Shown piece after piece: positions 25,083 through 37,928 of a stretch of DNA of 64,000 bases. The stretch lies in contig OX597815.1 of the NCBI GenBank assembly GCA_951406725.2, positions 104,966,001-105,030,000 of the forward strand, written 5' to 3'. How positions within the stretch are numbered: position 1 is the first letter of the stretch; each line of letters opens with the position of its first letter. The stretch comes from Octopus vulgaris (Eukaryota). The notes under the pieces are model-generated. The model was not told where the DNA came from. It was given only the letters and a program-made list of their open reading frames with translations, and did not search any database. A program made the position numbers and the translations under genes.

Positions 25083-26152
25083 TGCCTACATGTATAGAAA
25101 TGCTGCATCCATACATGCATGCATGCATGCATGCATACATAATACATACATGTCATGCACTTATATACACGTATGCATTTAAGACGCTCAGAGAAAATAT
25201 AACAGCGTTATAATTTGTTTAATCCTTCTCTAAATGTCACACTATCCCTTTATTTCTTTCTTAACTATTATTTCATTCATCCAGGTATCGACCAATTCAT
25301 CTGTCAATCGATATACAGAATCACCTTTATAAATTTGCACGTATTGCTCACCGACTTGTGTCACACACACAAACACTCTAAGTCACACATGTACGCACAA
25401 CCCAACCCCACCACCACCACCACCACACCTGCATTTGCAAGTGTGTGTGTATGTGGTCATGTGTATGTACTCGTGTGTATGTATAATTTGCAACTGAATA
25501 TTTAGTTGACAAATCAAGCTTATTGTATAGACGTATATGTACGTTTATATTGTATATATGAGATCTCGTGTACAGTCGTGTGCATGTATGTATGCGCTAG
25601 CGCGTGTGTATGTGTATGCGCTTGTATATGTGTGTCCGAGTGCGTATATGTGTTTGTAGTTGTTTATGTTTCTTTTTCTGTGTGTTTTTTTTTTCTTTTA
25701 TGTTTGTGTTTATGTGAAAATCTCTGTGTCCGTGTATTTGCGTTTGTTTTTGTGTCTTAAATGCTTCATTACAATTACACACACAATTATAAACATTAAA
25801 AACAGATTTACATGTGCTTATGTGGTATATATACGTATGTGTCCACATATATGCTATGTTCACCATACAGTACATTGTGCGCCGGTGAATATATAATTGA
25901 GTGTGTGTGTGTGTGTGTCTGTGTGTATGCATACATATATATATGTATATATACATATATATATGTGTGTGTGTGTGTGTCTACTTTCATACATAATACA
26001 TGCATCCATATATATATATATGTGTGTGTGTATATATACATACACATACATGAATGCATATATGTATATATATATATGCATTCATGTATGTATTACGTAA
26101 GCACAGACACACACACACATATATATATATATTTGTCATATATCACGTTTAC

Positions 26153-26185
<33 letters not shown>

Positions 26186-26426
26186 CATACATGAATACAT
26201 ACATAGAAACTTTGTCGATATAACTAGTTGTTGTTTAACACCAGGTTAGTTGTGGCTAAAACTAGCCTATGATGGAAAGCGATTCAACCATGATTATGGC
26301 ATCTTATTTTCAGCAAAGTGGACCTAGAACTACATTATCTAATGCATTTCTTCTTAAGATATGAGGTATAATTTAAAGATGTAGCTATTTTAAGTATATG
26401 TGTGCGCACGCATTTATGTGTATTTG

Positions 26427-26467
<41 letters not shown>

Positions 26468-27926
26468 ATGTGTGTGTGTGTGTGTGCATGCGTGTGTGTG
26501 TTTGTGTGTGTGTGTGCGTGCGTGCGTGTGTGCCTTTAAATGATAAGCTTTGTTGTTGATGTTAACGCTTGTTAAAGACTGAAAGAAGAGATCTATGATC
26601 AAAAGCTTTCCAACAGTCGTTTCCAACCCAGCACTTACTTTCATCTGGGCATTTGAGTGTCATTTGAGGAAAATTCGACTGCCTTTTCTAACAATTCGGG
26701 AGTCCGCTAGGAATGGAAAAGAGGCAGCCTAGTATGGATTTGTACATTAAAGAATATGGGACTATATTTATAGCAGTTTCTTTCGCAATAATTATGAATC
26801 TTTTGTTGAATATTTTAATAACTACAAATTAAATGTGCTTTAGTGGATACTTCATTGTTCATCACATAGATCCACTACTTGTCTACCCACACTGTTTAGA
26901 TAGATGATGATAATGAGGAGGAAGAAAATGACAATGGTGATGACAATTGTTTTATTCTTTAGTTTTTATTGGTCTCAATATTTTACCTTATGTCATAGTA
27001 GAGCACTTTCAAAATAATGATGATGTTGATCACTGGGTGGGTTGAGGGGTAGTGGTGGTGGTGGTAACAGTGTTGGTTGTGGTGTTGATGGAAATGATCA
27101 TGTTTATGATGATGATGATGGTGGTGGTGGTGGTGATGATGATGATGATGATGATGATGATCATGATGATAATGATGATGATGATGATGAGGAGGAGGAG
27201 GAGGAGGAGGTGAAAAAGGAGGGGAAGGAGGAGGAAGGAGGGACAAGGAAGAGAAGGATTGAGCGTGATAAAATGTAGTAACTGTCTTGATGTTGCTATA
27301 TTTCCTCTCTGCCATCAAAACCAAAATAGAAACTATTCACTTAATTCTAATTAATTTAAACGTTTACTGTTTTTATTGTCTATCATGAATATTTGTTATT
27401 TTACATATATAATGATGATGATGATGATGATCATCATCATCATCATCCTCATCATCATCATCATCATCAACATCGTCGTCATCGTCATCATCAACATCAT
27501 CCTCATCATCATCATCATCGTCGTCATCATCATCATTATCATCATCTTATTTATTACGGCGGACACTTTTCCACTGAAAAGAAAATATTAAATTTCCTTT
27601 CTATCCAACGTATTTTATCATTAAACTAACCCAACTAGGGGTCACTTGCCGAGAGTGAGGTGTTTTCCTAACTTCAAGAATTTTTAACCTTGACATTTAA
27701 ATCTTTTCAGAAATCTACCGTTTTGTTTAGTACTATTATTATTGAATAAATATCGTATATGCATTTTATATGAATGTAAGTTAGTGAAAAGTCGAAATCT
27801 GTGTAACGTTGAAATAAATGCTTTGATGGAAATTTAGATTTGTCCCTCTTTGGCCGTGGACAACTTTGACTTTTACTCTAACGGGAGTGATAAAATCAGT
27901 ACACTTCAAGTACTCGGGTCGATTTA

Positions 27927-28710
27927 CCCTGCATTAGTAACCTAGAATTTCCGAAAATGGATAGTCCCCTGGGGTGTTTAAACACCCCAATACAAAAATA
28001 CTTATAGTGTTACAATTATGTAAAATATTGTCATACTACTGAGAAAAGTAGCATAACAGGCAATCTCTTTTGCGATATAAATTAAATCAAAACTTTATTG
28101 AAATGCAAATTAAAATAAACTTGTTGCATGTTTTAAATGTTGTAAATTGTAGGTGAAACACCCAATACAATAATATTGAAAAGTTTTATTCATCCAAAAA
28201 TAGCCACAATATATTTTAAGGAATTGAAATGCAAAGAAAAATTATGTGAGCTCATTACGAGGGGCTGCTGAAAACTTCCTGGCTTTAAGGGTGTCGCAAA
28301 AGGCATTGTTAGAGGCCCAACCTTCCGAGTACTTTTACAGGACTTAGAAAAACTGAAGGACCGTTGCATTAAGTGTGTTAATCTGAGAGGGGAATATGTT
28401 GAATACGATCGTAATTAACTGATCCTCCTGTATGTTTTATGTCCAAGCTAGGAACCTTCAGCACTCCCTCGTATATAGCCATTACTGTTCACTCTGATTC
28501 ACCACCGGTTGAAAACAAGGGGATGTATATTCCCCACGACAATTAAGTTACAACAGCACTACACCGCGTGGTATCTACTCTCACTGAATCAGGAGAGTAG
28601 TAGGAGGGGTCAAAAGAAACAAGTTGCCGACTGGGTATTAGGAGGATTTTTTTTAAAATGTTTTTTTTGGGGGGAAGGGTCACCAAACAACTCATGTGAC
28701 TAACGCAGGG
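27927..28710. mobile_element. piggyBac-like non-autonomous element inserted in a SINE
   Basis: TIRs ccctgcattagtaac / gtgactaacgcaggg. TTAA on the right, TTTA on the left. Confidence 0.65.
28258..28471 (+). mobile_element. Mariner deletion-derivative MITE nested in the piggyBac-like element
   Basis: TA-cgaggggctgctgaaaacttcctggct ... agctaggaaccttcagcactccctcg-TA. Carries the mariner C-terminus LEKLKDRCIKCVNLRGEYVE. Confidence 0.8.
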
Positions 28711-28819
28711 TTAAATAGTTTAAACTACAACACCCATCCCCACCCTGCAGATTGTTCGAAATTATATTTCATACCCATATATGTGTGTGACAACACACAC
28801 ACACACACATGCTATGTAC

Positions 28820-28851
<32 letters not shown>

Positions 28852-29423
28852 CTGTGTGTGTGTATGTATGTATAGGTATAATTTTGCATGCCTGTAGCTC
28901 CGTTGAAGCTATACGGTAATGATCAAGCATTCAAATAAGAGTGCATTACATAATATAGCAGAAAATGTTGTAAATAATGAAGCTAATATTCGCTATATGT
29001 CCACGGTTGGCATACTTTTCCTCCTACTGCGTTGTGACCATGACAAGTCAACAACTTTTTAGTTCTTGTATATAAATAATAGCAATGCCCGGATAGGGAT
29101 CTTCCTACCGCACTGAACTACATCAACGCAACGCAACTCCATCCATTCAAACAGTAGCCGACAGTCTAATAAAGGAACACAGTAAAGAAAAATGTGATCC
29201 TATCTACACTATGTATAACTAACAGCGTATGTCAATTCCAGAACATAGTTGATCATAGATTTGCTTAGTCAGGGCAAACCAAGAGAACTATATTCTAAGT
29301 TTGAAATCTCAGCTAATATATTTTACCAAAAGTCAATAAAAATATTTCGGGTGACTATAAATAGCTTTGGCTGGGCTGATGTATTCCTGTAAGTAAGCGT
29401 TAATATATATATATATGTATATG

Positions 29424-29454
<31 letters not shown>

Positions 29455-29459
29455 GTATG

Positions 29460-29508
<49 letters not shown>

Positions 29509-29541
29509 ATATATATATATATATATACCTATATATATATC

Positions 29542-29599
<58 letters not shown>

Positions 29600-29670
29600 C
29601 TATATATCTATATCATATATATATGTATGTATATATATATATCTATATACATATATATACATATATATAC

Positions 29671-29724
<54 letters not shown>

Positions 29725-29800
29725 ATATATATATATATCTATATCATATATATATGTATGTGTATATATATATAGATCTATATACATATATATACATATA

Positions 29801-29855
<55 letters not shown>

Positions 29856-29924
29856 ATGTTTTTCATATTTTTATGTTTTTTATTGTTTGATTTTCCTAAT
29901 AGTGGTCTTATCTCTAATTTAATT

Positions 29925-29957
<33 letters not shown>

Positions 29958-29989
29958 ATTTATATATATATATATATATATATTATTTT

Positions 29990-30762
29990 TAAATTTATTT
30001 ATCTAGTTTCAGCTCAATAGCTGTGGCCATGCTGGGCACCGCCATTTGGTGTTGCTACGTGATTTTACTTCACGAATGCTTTTTAGCAATTGCCATTTGG
30101 TGCAATGAGAGAGTTCGATGCAGCTGCCCTCATCTGCACCTCCTGTCGTGAAGTTGGTTCATCTGGGATACCTGACAAGAAGAGATCCAGTTTCATTTTA
30201 AAGACATCTGCATCCATCCCATGCAGGTCTCTTAGGTTCTTCGGGAGGATATTGAAGAGCTGTGGGCATTGAAGCCCAGGCTATCACAGTATCTTGTCCT
30301 ACATGTTGATCGCAAATTTGGAGTCCTTGGCACTATGCAGTGGCGCCCAGTTCTGGCATTTGTGTAACTCTCGATGCCAAAGTTTGGGACAAGTCATTCT
30401 AGGATCTTCCAGATGTATATTATGGCATATCTTTCTCGCCTACGTTCTAAGGAATAGAGTCTCAATCTCTTGAGTCTTTCACAATAGCTTATATGCTGCA
30501 CAGAGGCTATCTTCTTCGTGTAGCTTCGTTGGATCGCCTCAAGTTCTGTGATTAACTTGACACTGGATGGTGACCATAGCTGAGAGCAATAGTCAAAGTG
30601 GCTTAGGACAAGTGTCCTCCAGAGGACCATCATGGTTTCCTGGTCTCTTGTTCTGAAGCTTCCAAGAATCCATCCGGTCAACCGCCTACATTTCATTGCC
30701 AATTTAGCAACATGCACATGAAATGTTGCATCATCACTCATGTAAATACCCAGGTCTCGCAC
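29990..30762 (-). mobile_element. CR1-like LINE 3' fragment
   Basis: RDLGI..., LVLSHFDYCSQLWSP, LEAIQR, SYCERLKRLRLYSLERRR. 3' tail ggtgcccagcatggccacagct...agctgaaactagataaa. Confidence 0.88.
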
Positions 30763-30812
30763 TATATATATATATATATATACATATACATATGTATGTG
30801 TGTGAGTGTGTG

Positions 30813-31110
30813 TGCGGTTAGGGCAGCGGACTCGCGGTCGTAAGACTGAGGTTTCGATTCCCAGACCGGGCGTTGTGAGTGTTTATTGAGCAAAAACACC
30901 TAAAGCTCGCCGACACTCCAGCAGGGTGGTGGTGGCTGGCGATCCCTGCTGTACTCTTTCGCCAGAACTTTCTGCCACTGTTTCGTCTGTTGACCTGCTC
31001 GCTTAGCTAGCCGGGTAGCGTCATTTGAAGGCTAAAACAATGCGAAACGCATTGTGACCAACGATGTGTAGCAACATCTGATAGTCTGGTCGGTTACGGT
31101 GATCACGGTG
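30813..31110 (+). mobile_element. tRNA-derived SINE
   Basis: gcggttagggcagcggactcgcggtc...ggtttcgattcc (B box) followed by a body; flanked by microsatellites. Confidence 0.7.
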
Positions 31111-31535
31111 ATATATATATATTTAAGACACATACACACATATATATATATATCTGTATACATATATATATATATACACATATGTATATATGCATATATA
31201 CATACATATATATATACATACATTTATATAAATATACACACACATATATATAACTATATACATACATATATAAATATATATATATAACTATATACATACA
31301 TATATAAATATATATATATGCATATATATACATATATACGTATATATATATGTATATATATATATATATATATGTATATTTATATATATATATACGTGTG
31401 TGTATATGTATACATATGTATATATGTGTGTGTATATATATATATATAGATCTATGTATATATATGTGTATATATATATGTATATATATATATGGATATG
31501 TATATATGTATGTTTATATATACATATATATATAC

Positions 31536-31689
<154 letters not shown>

Positions 31690-32565
31690 TTGTATTTAAG
31701 TTAAATGAGCTCATTTAAATTCCTTTATTAAAATTAAGTACAAAAACTCATCAACTAAATAAATTCTCTGATGCGATTCCCTCATGTATTCATAAATTCC
31801 ATTCCACTTTCTTGAAAAATTCTAGAACTAAACATATTGGAGTATTTGGAAGAGTGCCTGCAACGTGATACCTCTTAGCTCTTAGTACAATGAAAATGTC
31901 ATTGTACTGTTTTAAATCAGAATTAAGTCTTAATAGGTTAATGTACTTGCCCTACCATCCCCTACTCTCCATTCATTTGCATACGTAGGGAAAAAAATCT
32001 TTTTTATATATATCCATCTTTCTGTAAGAATCATAAGTATCAAGAATGCAATTTTATGAGGATACCTTTCTTGATGAATGAGACGTTGTCCACATGGTTT
32101 GTAAGATTAATTGATTTTTCTACCGGTACATGCGCTCTAGAAACGGCCGTTGAACTGAACCTCCTCGATCTGCATTACATACCTTATGTACCATCTATAT
32201 TTTTTTAAATCACACGCACACCAAATTCTATGGATGTTTTAATGGAAACTCTTAACCGCTTCAGTACAAAAGAAATTTTTTCCCGTCTTCTTTTTATCAG
32301 TTATCTTTTTTTTTTACATTTCCTTCCATACGTAGCCCACATGAGTTTTATTTACATGTATTTTTATGTCTATTTATGTATGTATTTATATTTTATGAAT
32401 ATTTTAAAAAATATTTATGTGTCGATAGGTATAAATATATGTTTGCACATTTAAGTCTAACTTATAAATGTATGAGTATGATCGCCTATTTGAGTTTATA
32501 TCTTAATACTTATATATATATACATATATATACATATACACACATACATATATATATATATATTC

Positions 32566-32621
<56 letters not shown>

Positions 32622-32639
32622 GTATATACATACATATAT

Positions 32640-32900
32640 CGAGGCACTCCGTCGGTTACGACGACGAGGGTTCCAGTTGATCCGATCAACGGAACAGCCT
32701 GCTCGTAGAATTAACGTGCAAGTGGCTGAGAAGTTCACAGATACGTGTACCCCTAACGTAGTTCTCGGGGATATTCAGTGTAACACAAAGTGTGACAAAG
32801 CTGGCCCTTTAAAATACAGGTACAACAGAGACAGGAAAAAAGAGTGAGAGAAAGTTGTGGTGAAAAAGTACAGCAGGATTCGCAACCAACACCTACCGGA
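32640..32900 (-). mobile_element. SINE 3' part, related to 30930-30980, truncated by the adjacent hammerhead element
   Basis: Reverse complement gcgaatcctgctgtactttttcaccacaactttc resembles gcgatccctgctgtactctttcgccagaactttc. Confidence 0.6.
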
Positions 32901-32901
32901 C

Positions 32902-33316
32902 CTACAGTAACACCCACCCTTAGTGGTTAACCATATTGAGATGGCTAGTATACTTTACGTTGTCGAGCGGTTACTGTTTACATCTCGTTCAGAGATTTAT
33001 TATTGCTTGCAGACAGTTTTTCGAAATCAGTGACAGTAGTTACTGGGGAAAACCTTAAATAGATATTTGCAAACAGGTCTCTCTTCATCGAAAACTGGTG
33101 ATTACCGTACGTTGACAAGAGGCAAATACATCGAAACTGCAGTTCGTGCGTATCGCTTAGGTTTACGAGAGAGGGATGACCTCCCTTTGCAAATATCATA
33201 AGGGCACAGAAAGTGTGCATAAAGCCAGCTGGAGACGATGATCTCCTGGGGGCTAAAAGCTACAGTAACACCCACCCTTAGTGGTTAACCATATTGAGAT
33301 GGCTAGTATACTTTAC
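32902..33316 (+). mobile_element. Retrozyme-like element: 358-bp monomer plus 57-bp terminal redundancy, with degenerate type I hammerhead
   Basis: 32902-32958 is identical to 33260-33316. Hammerhead layout at 33097-33157. Homologous to 58242-58612. Confidence 0.75.
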
Positions 33317-33382
33317 ATATATTTATATACACATATATACATACACATATATATGTACATATATATGTATATATGTATATAT

Positions 33383-33500
33383 ATATGAATAAAAAAATGA
33401 AGTTAACGCAGGTGTAATCAAATATTTTTACTTTCGACACATGTTTCGAAAGTAAAAATATTTGATTACACCTGCGTGAACTCCATTTTTTTATTCATAT
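33383..33500. repeat. Near-perfect hairpin (arms of about 55 bp, 2 mismatches) centred on a hammerhead stem-III-like GAAACATGTGTC
   Basis: atgaataaaaaaatgaagttaacgcaggtgtaatcaaatatttttactttcga-cacatgt-ttcgaaagtaaaaatatttgattacacctgcgtgaactccattttttattcat. Confidence 0.9.
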
Positions 33501-33653
33501 TATTCAAAATATTCAACGTAAACACGAAGTTTCTACCTTTATAAACAAGGAGTTACAACACCTTTACTTGTGAGATTTTTGCTGCCCTGGTAACCATTTA
33601 TTTATTTTTTCCGTGTTAATTGTTAACAAGGTAAAAATACACTCATCTATTTA

Positions 33654-33692
<39 letters not shown>

Positions 33693-33957
33693 ACTAATAA
33701 TATGGGAATTATCTTTATTTATTTTCTTCTAGCATTTCATGGTTGTTTAGTTTGAGTTACTGCCTTACACTGTGGTCTGCCCATATTTTCTAAATGTAGT
33801 CAAGACTACATAGTGTATATTAGCAAAAACTGTCTGATGAACGGCAATGAGAAACTCAGAGTAACAGATTTTGTTGAATTTTCTGCTGCTTTAAATAAAG
33901 TATATATATATACATATATATACATATATATACACATATAGATATATATGCATATAT

Positions 33958-34578
33958 ATTTTTTTAGTTTCAGCTCAGAGCTGTGGCCATTCTGGGGCAA
34001 CACCGTTTTTGCACAGTATTATGATTGAGGACCTCCTCTAATATGTAACATTTGGTGAATAAGAGAGTTTGATGTCGCTACCCTCATTTGTACCTCTTGC
34101 CGCGAGGTAGGTTCATCTGGGACTCTCGGCAGTAACAGATCCAGTTTTGGTTTGAAGCCACCTCTGTCCATTTGCATAGGTCCCCCAGGCTCTTTGGAAG
34201 AATGTTTTAAAAGCTGTGGGCCCCTGAACCCCAGGATGTTGCAGTAACTGGCTCTGAAGCCCGATGACATTGTTGGGATCTTTTATACCATGCAGTGTCG
34301 ACTCGTTCCGGCATTTGTGTAGCTTTCAATGTCAAAATATGGCACAGTACCTACCAGGATCTTCCAGCTATATATTACAGCATACAACTCCCGCCTTCGC
34401 TCCAGCGTGTAGAGTGTTAGTTGTTTCAGCGTTTCTCGATAGCTGAGCTGTTGGAATGATACGATCTTCTTTGTGAAGCTTCGCTGAATTGCTTCAAGAT
34501 CCGCCGTTAACTTTACAATGTTAGGTGATCAGAGCTCAAAGCAATAATCCAGACGGCTGAGGACCATCATGGTTCCTT
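33958..34578 (-). mobile_element. CR1-like LINE 3' fragment, diverged from the 29990 copy
   Basis: [36 protein letters not shown]; same 3' stem-loop tail. Confidence 0.85.
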
Positions 34579-34590
34579 CTGTATATGTAA

Positions 34591-34685
<95 letters not shown>

Positions 34686-34688
<3 letters not shown>

Positions 34689-34880
34689 GCCATGATAGAT
34701 CGGTAGCCACTATACACATTTTTGTTCTCTCCTATTTTTTTTTCTGTGTCCCTTTCTGTAGAAGAGAGTAGGCTCGAAACGTAAAAGACTTTTTCTATTC
34801 CTGAGCGTTATACTAATACATCTGTTTGTTTTGTACACCACCTGTCTTCGTCTTTGGTTTTATTCATGAACTTTCCCTAT
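34686..34880 (+). mobile_element. Short element with a minimal hammerhead-like motif, in (TA)n
   Basis: cttt-CTGTAGA-agagagtaggctc-GAAA-cg-TA-aaag at 34752-34787. Confidence 0.65.
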
Positions 34881-34941
<61 letters not shown>

Positions 34942-34946
<5 letters not shown>

Positions 34947-35321
34947 ATATAAACGGCAGTTTGTCTGTGCGTGTTTCTGTGTGTCTGTTTTCTCGTACCC
35001 TCACCCTGACCACGGCTTTCAACCGATTCTGATGAAACTTGACACACACATAGCCCAATGTCATAATTCAAAACTAACGCAGCGAAAATTTTGAAAAGTT
35101 CCCCCAGTTCTGAAAAAAAATCGATAAATTCGACATGGGGTCGAGAATAAAAAAAAACAAACCACAGACTGTCTAGGGGACGCAACTCAACCTTTTTTTA
35201 CCATCATTTTTTTACCATCATTTTTTTCCCATTTTTTTGCTATTTTTTGGCTATAACTCTCTAAAAATGCTTTATAGTTATTTCCCTTACAAACCTGAGC
35301 AACGCCGGGCGATACTGCTAG
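34942..35321 (+). mobile_element. Non-autonomous Helitron
   Basis: A|TCtctatataaa 5' end, subterminal GC hairpin cctgagcaacgccggg, 3' end CTAG|T. Confidence 0.8.
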
Positions 35322-35325
35322 TATA

Positions 35326-36065
35326 TAATATAGGATAGAATTTTTCGAAAAAATTCTATCAATGGCCAGCATATTAAAAAATAGCTTTAAAGGTTAAATT
35401 TATAAACAATTTATAAGTAAGGGCAAAAGGAAAATTTTCGAATGCCATAATATGCTGAAAATAGACACTATGTCGATAACCATGTAATTTATCACTACAA
35501 TCACGTGTTTCAAAGATAGCCGGCAGAAATTTCTAAAAAATTCCGTTATTACCATATCGGACCCGATTTCAGAGTTAGTTCATAAGAAACTTCCCTTCAT
35601 CAGTGATAAATGCGGTAAAGAAATACGTGAAATAGTTACTCATACCCATGGAAGAAGCGAGCACTAAGCCATGAGCACAACTAAGTACCCCAAATATATC
35701 CAAAATAGAAATTCTCTAGCACACCTCGAGACACGTGCGATTCGAACCGAAAAGCTCTCGTAAAGTGAGAGTCCAGAAGTTAACACTATTAAATTAACAT
35801 CTAATATAGGATAGAATTTTTCGAAAATAATCTTCTTTTGCCATTACTTATAATTTGTTTATAAATTTAACCTTTAAAGGTATTTTTTAATATGCTGGCC
35901 ATTGATAGATTTTTTTTCGAAAAATTCTATCCTATATTAGATGTTAATTTAATAGTATTTACTTTCGGACTCTCTCACTTTACGAGAGCTTTTCGGTTCG
36001 AATCGCACGTGTCTCGAGTTGTGCTAGAGAAATTCTATCTTGGATATATTTGGATATATTTGGGG
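35326..36065 (-). mobile_element. Hammerhead-bearing element: 476-bp monomer with terminal redundancy plus an inverted junction-spanning copy
   Basis: taatataggatagaattt at 35326 and 35802. 35820-36065 is the reverse complement of 35688-35801 joined to 35326-35440. Minus-strand CTGATGA...GAAA...TA with 9-bp stem I at 35487-35611. Confidence 0.75.
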
Positions 36066-36102
36066 TAGTCATGTTTGCTAGCTTTATTATCATTCTAAAG
36101 TG

Positions 36103-36497
36103 GAGGCGTAGGAGTGGCTGTGTGGTAAGTAGCTTGCTAACCAACCACATGGTTCCGGGTTCAGTCCTTCTGCGTGGCACCTTGGGCAAGTGTCTCCTAC
36201 TATAGCAGCGGGCCGACCAAAGCCTTGTGAGTGGATTTGGTAGACGAAAACATGTATGTATGTATGTATGTATGTGTGTGCATGTGTGTATGTTTGTGTC
36301 TGTGTTTGTCCCCCCAACATCGTTTGACAACCGATGCTAGTGTGTTTACGTCCCCGTAACTTAGCGGTTCGGTAAAAGAGACCGATAGAATAAGTACATG
36401 GCTTATAAAGAATAAGTGCTGGGGTCGATTTGCTCGACTAAACGCGGTGTTCTAGCATGGCCACAGTCAAATGACTGAAACAAGTGAAAGAGTAAAA
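36103..36497 (+). mobile_element. tRNA-derived CORE-type SINE with CR1-like 3' tail
   Basis: TGGCTGTGTGG A box, gggttcagtcc B box, accttgggcaagt CORE-like motif, tail cggtgttctagcatggccacagtcaaatgactgaaac. Confidence 0.8.
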
Positions 36498-37769
36498 TAA
36501 TACCACAAGAGCGTACAATGAAAGCAATACGTTAAATGATAAATAAATTTCAGCAACCAAGAATTGACTTTAGTCTAAGACAAGGGTGAAGTGTGAAGAC
36601 TACGTAATAACTGCGTAGTAACAGCTAAATCACTTTCCAAGCATCCTTTCCTCTTAAGATGAAGTAGCGATTGCACAGAATTATACACTATGTAGTCTTA
36701 ACTACACTTAGAAAATATGGGCAGTAACTCAAACTAAACAACCATGAACTGCTAGAAGAAAATAAATAAAGATAATTCCCATATTATTAATAGATATTTA
36801 TTTTTCAAATAAGTAACTATGTATACATTTCTACATTACCAAAGCTCTCCCAATTTCATCAGTTTCGATTCTTTTATACATATCGCTTTGTTTTTGATGG
36901 CGTTAATGTTGTTGTCTTGTTATTGTTCTGACTGCTGCTGCTCATTATTCCAAAGAACGGCCCTGATCAAGTTGAACTATGACTAAAGACACTCGAGGCT
37001 TGACTATCCCATTTTTTTAAGACGATAAAATGTAATATTCATCTCATAACTGGTTTTTCATGTCGCTACTATCGTAGGCGAGAACTCAAAGCACACTATT
37101 ATCAACAATTTAAATAATTCAGCCAACATGAGACATTTTGACACCCCTATTTAAAGTTCAATCGTGGTTTCAAATCTAACATCACAAACTTTGAAATCAA
37201 TTGAATAAAACCTATATATATTGCTAATTTTTGCTTCCATTCCAAAAAACCTTGCCAAAATGGAGTTTCCGAAATATTAATAATTTTCTAAAGAATTTCT
37301 CCTGTGTTTGTATATATCACGTAAATGCTGTATAACTTTCAGATACTTTAAACAATGTCTTTGGTATCGAATCTACAACTTTATCAATACACTTTAGTTT
37401 CTTAAATCTTGACAGCTTTTTTCCGATATTAGAATCTGTCGTGTTACTTCCAATATTCTCCCATCTGTTTCTTTTGCTGTTAATATTACTCTTTCGTTCC
37501 CCCATCCCTTCTTTCTCCTGTGTCTCCCCAACAATCTCTTCACTTTTTTTATCCATATCTAATACTATATATATAAATATTTTTCGAATGCCAGTTATGA
37601 GGAGTTTTTAATTCAATAACTAAAACTTAAAATTATTGAAATCCTGATTCTTTTCACTTTTACTAACAATGTGAATGTACAGTGCGCGCGCGAACATGTG
37701 TACGTGTAAGTATGTCTGTCTGGGTATCTGGGTGTCTGCGTGTGTACATGTATTCATATTATATATGTG

Positions 37770-37928
37770 TGTTACGTTCTGAGTCCAAACTTCGCCCGCC
37801 AAAATCGACTTTGCCTTTCATCCTTTCAGAATTCTATGAAATAACGACCATTCGTGCACTGGAGTCAATATATTCGACTAAACCCCTCCCCACGAAATTT
37901 CAGGCTTTGTGTCTATAGTAAAAAAGAT
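37770..37928 (+). mobile_element. 5'-truncated SINE of the 9200 family
   Basis: tacgttctgagtccaaac...tcgactttgcctttcatcctttc...tatagtaaaaaagat. Confidence 0.7.

Noticed and set aside
35025-35045. CTGATGAAAC inside the Helitron as a hammerhead
   Set aside because: No stem II between the core halves; it is part of a common Helitron internal motif.
37317-37556. 79-aa minus-strand ORF as an upstream HCN exon or gene
   Set aside because: No recognisable homology and no convincing splice signals.
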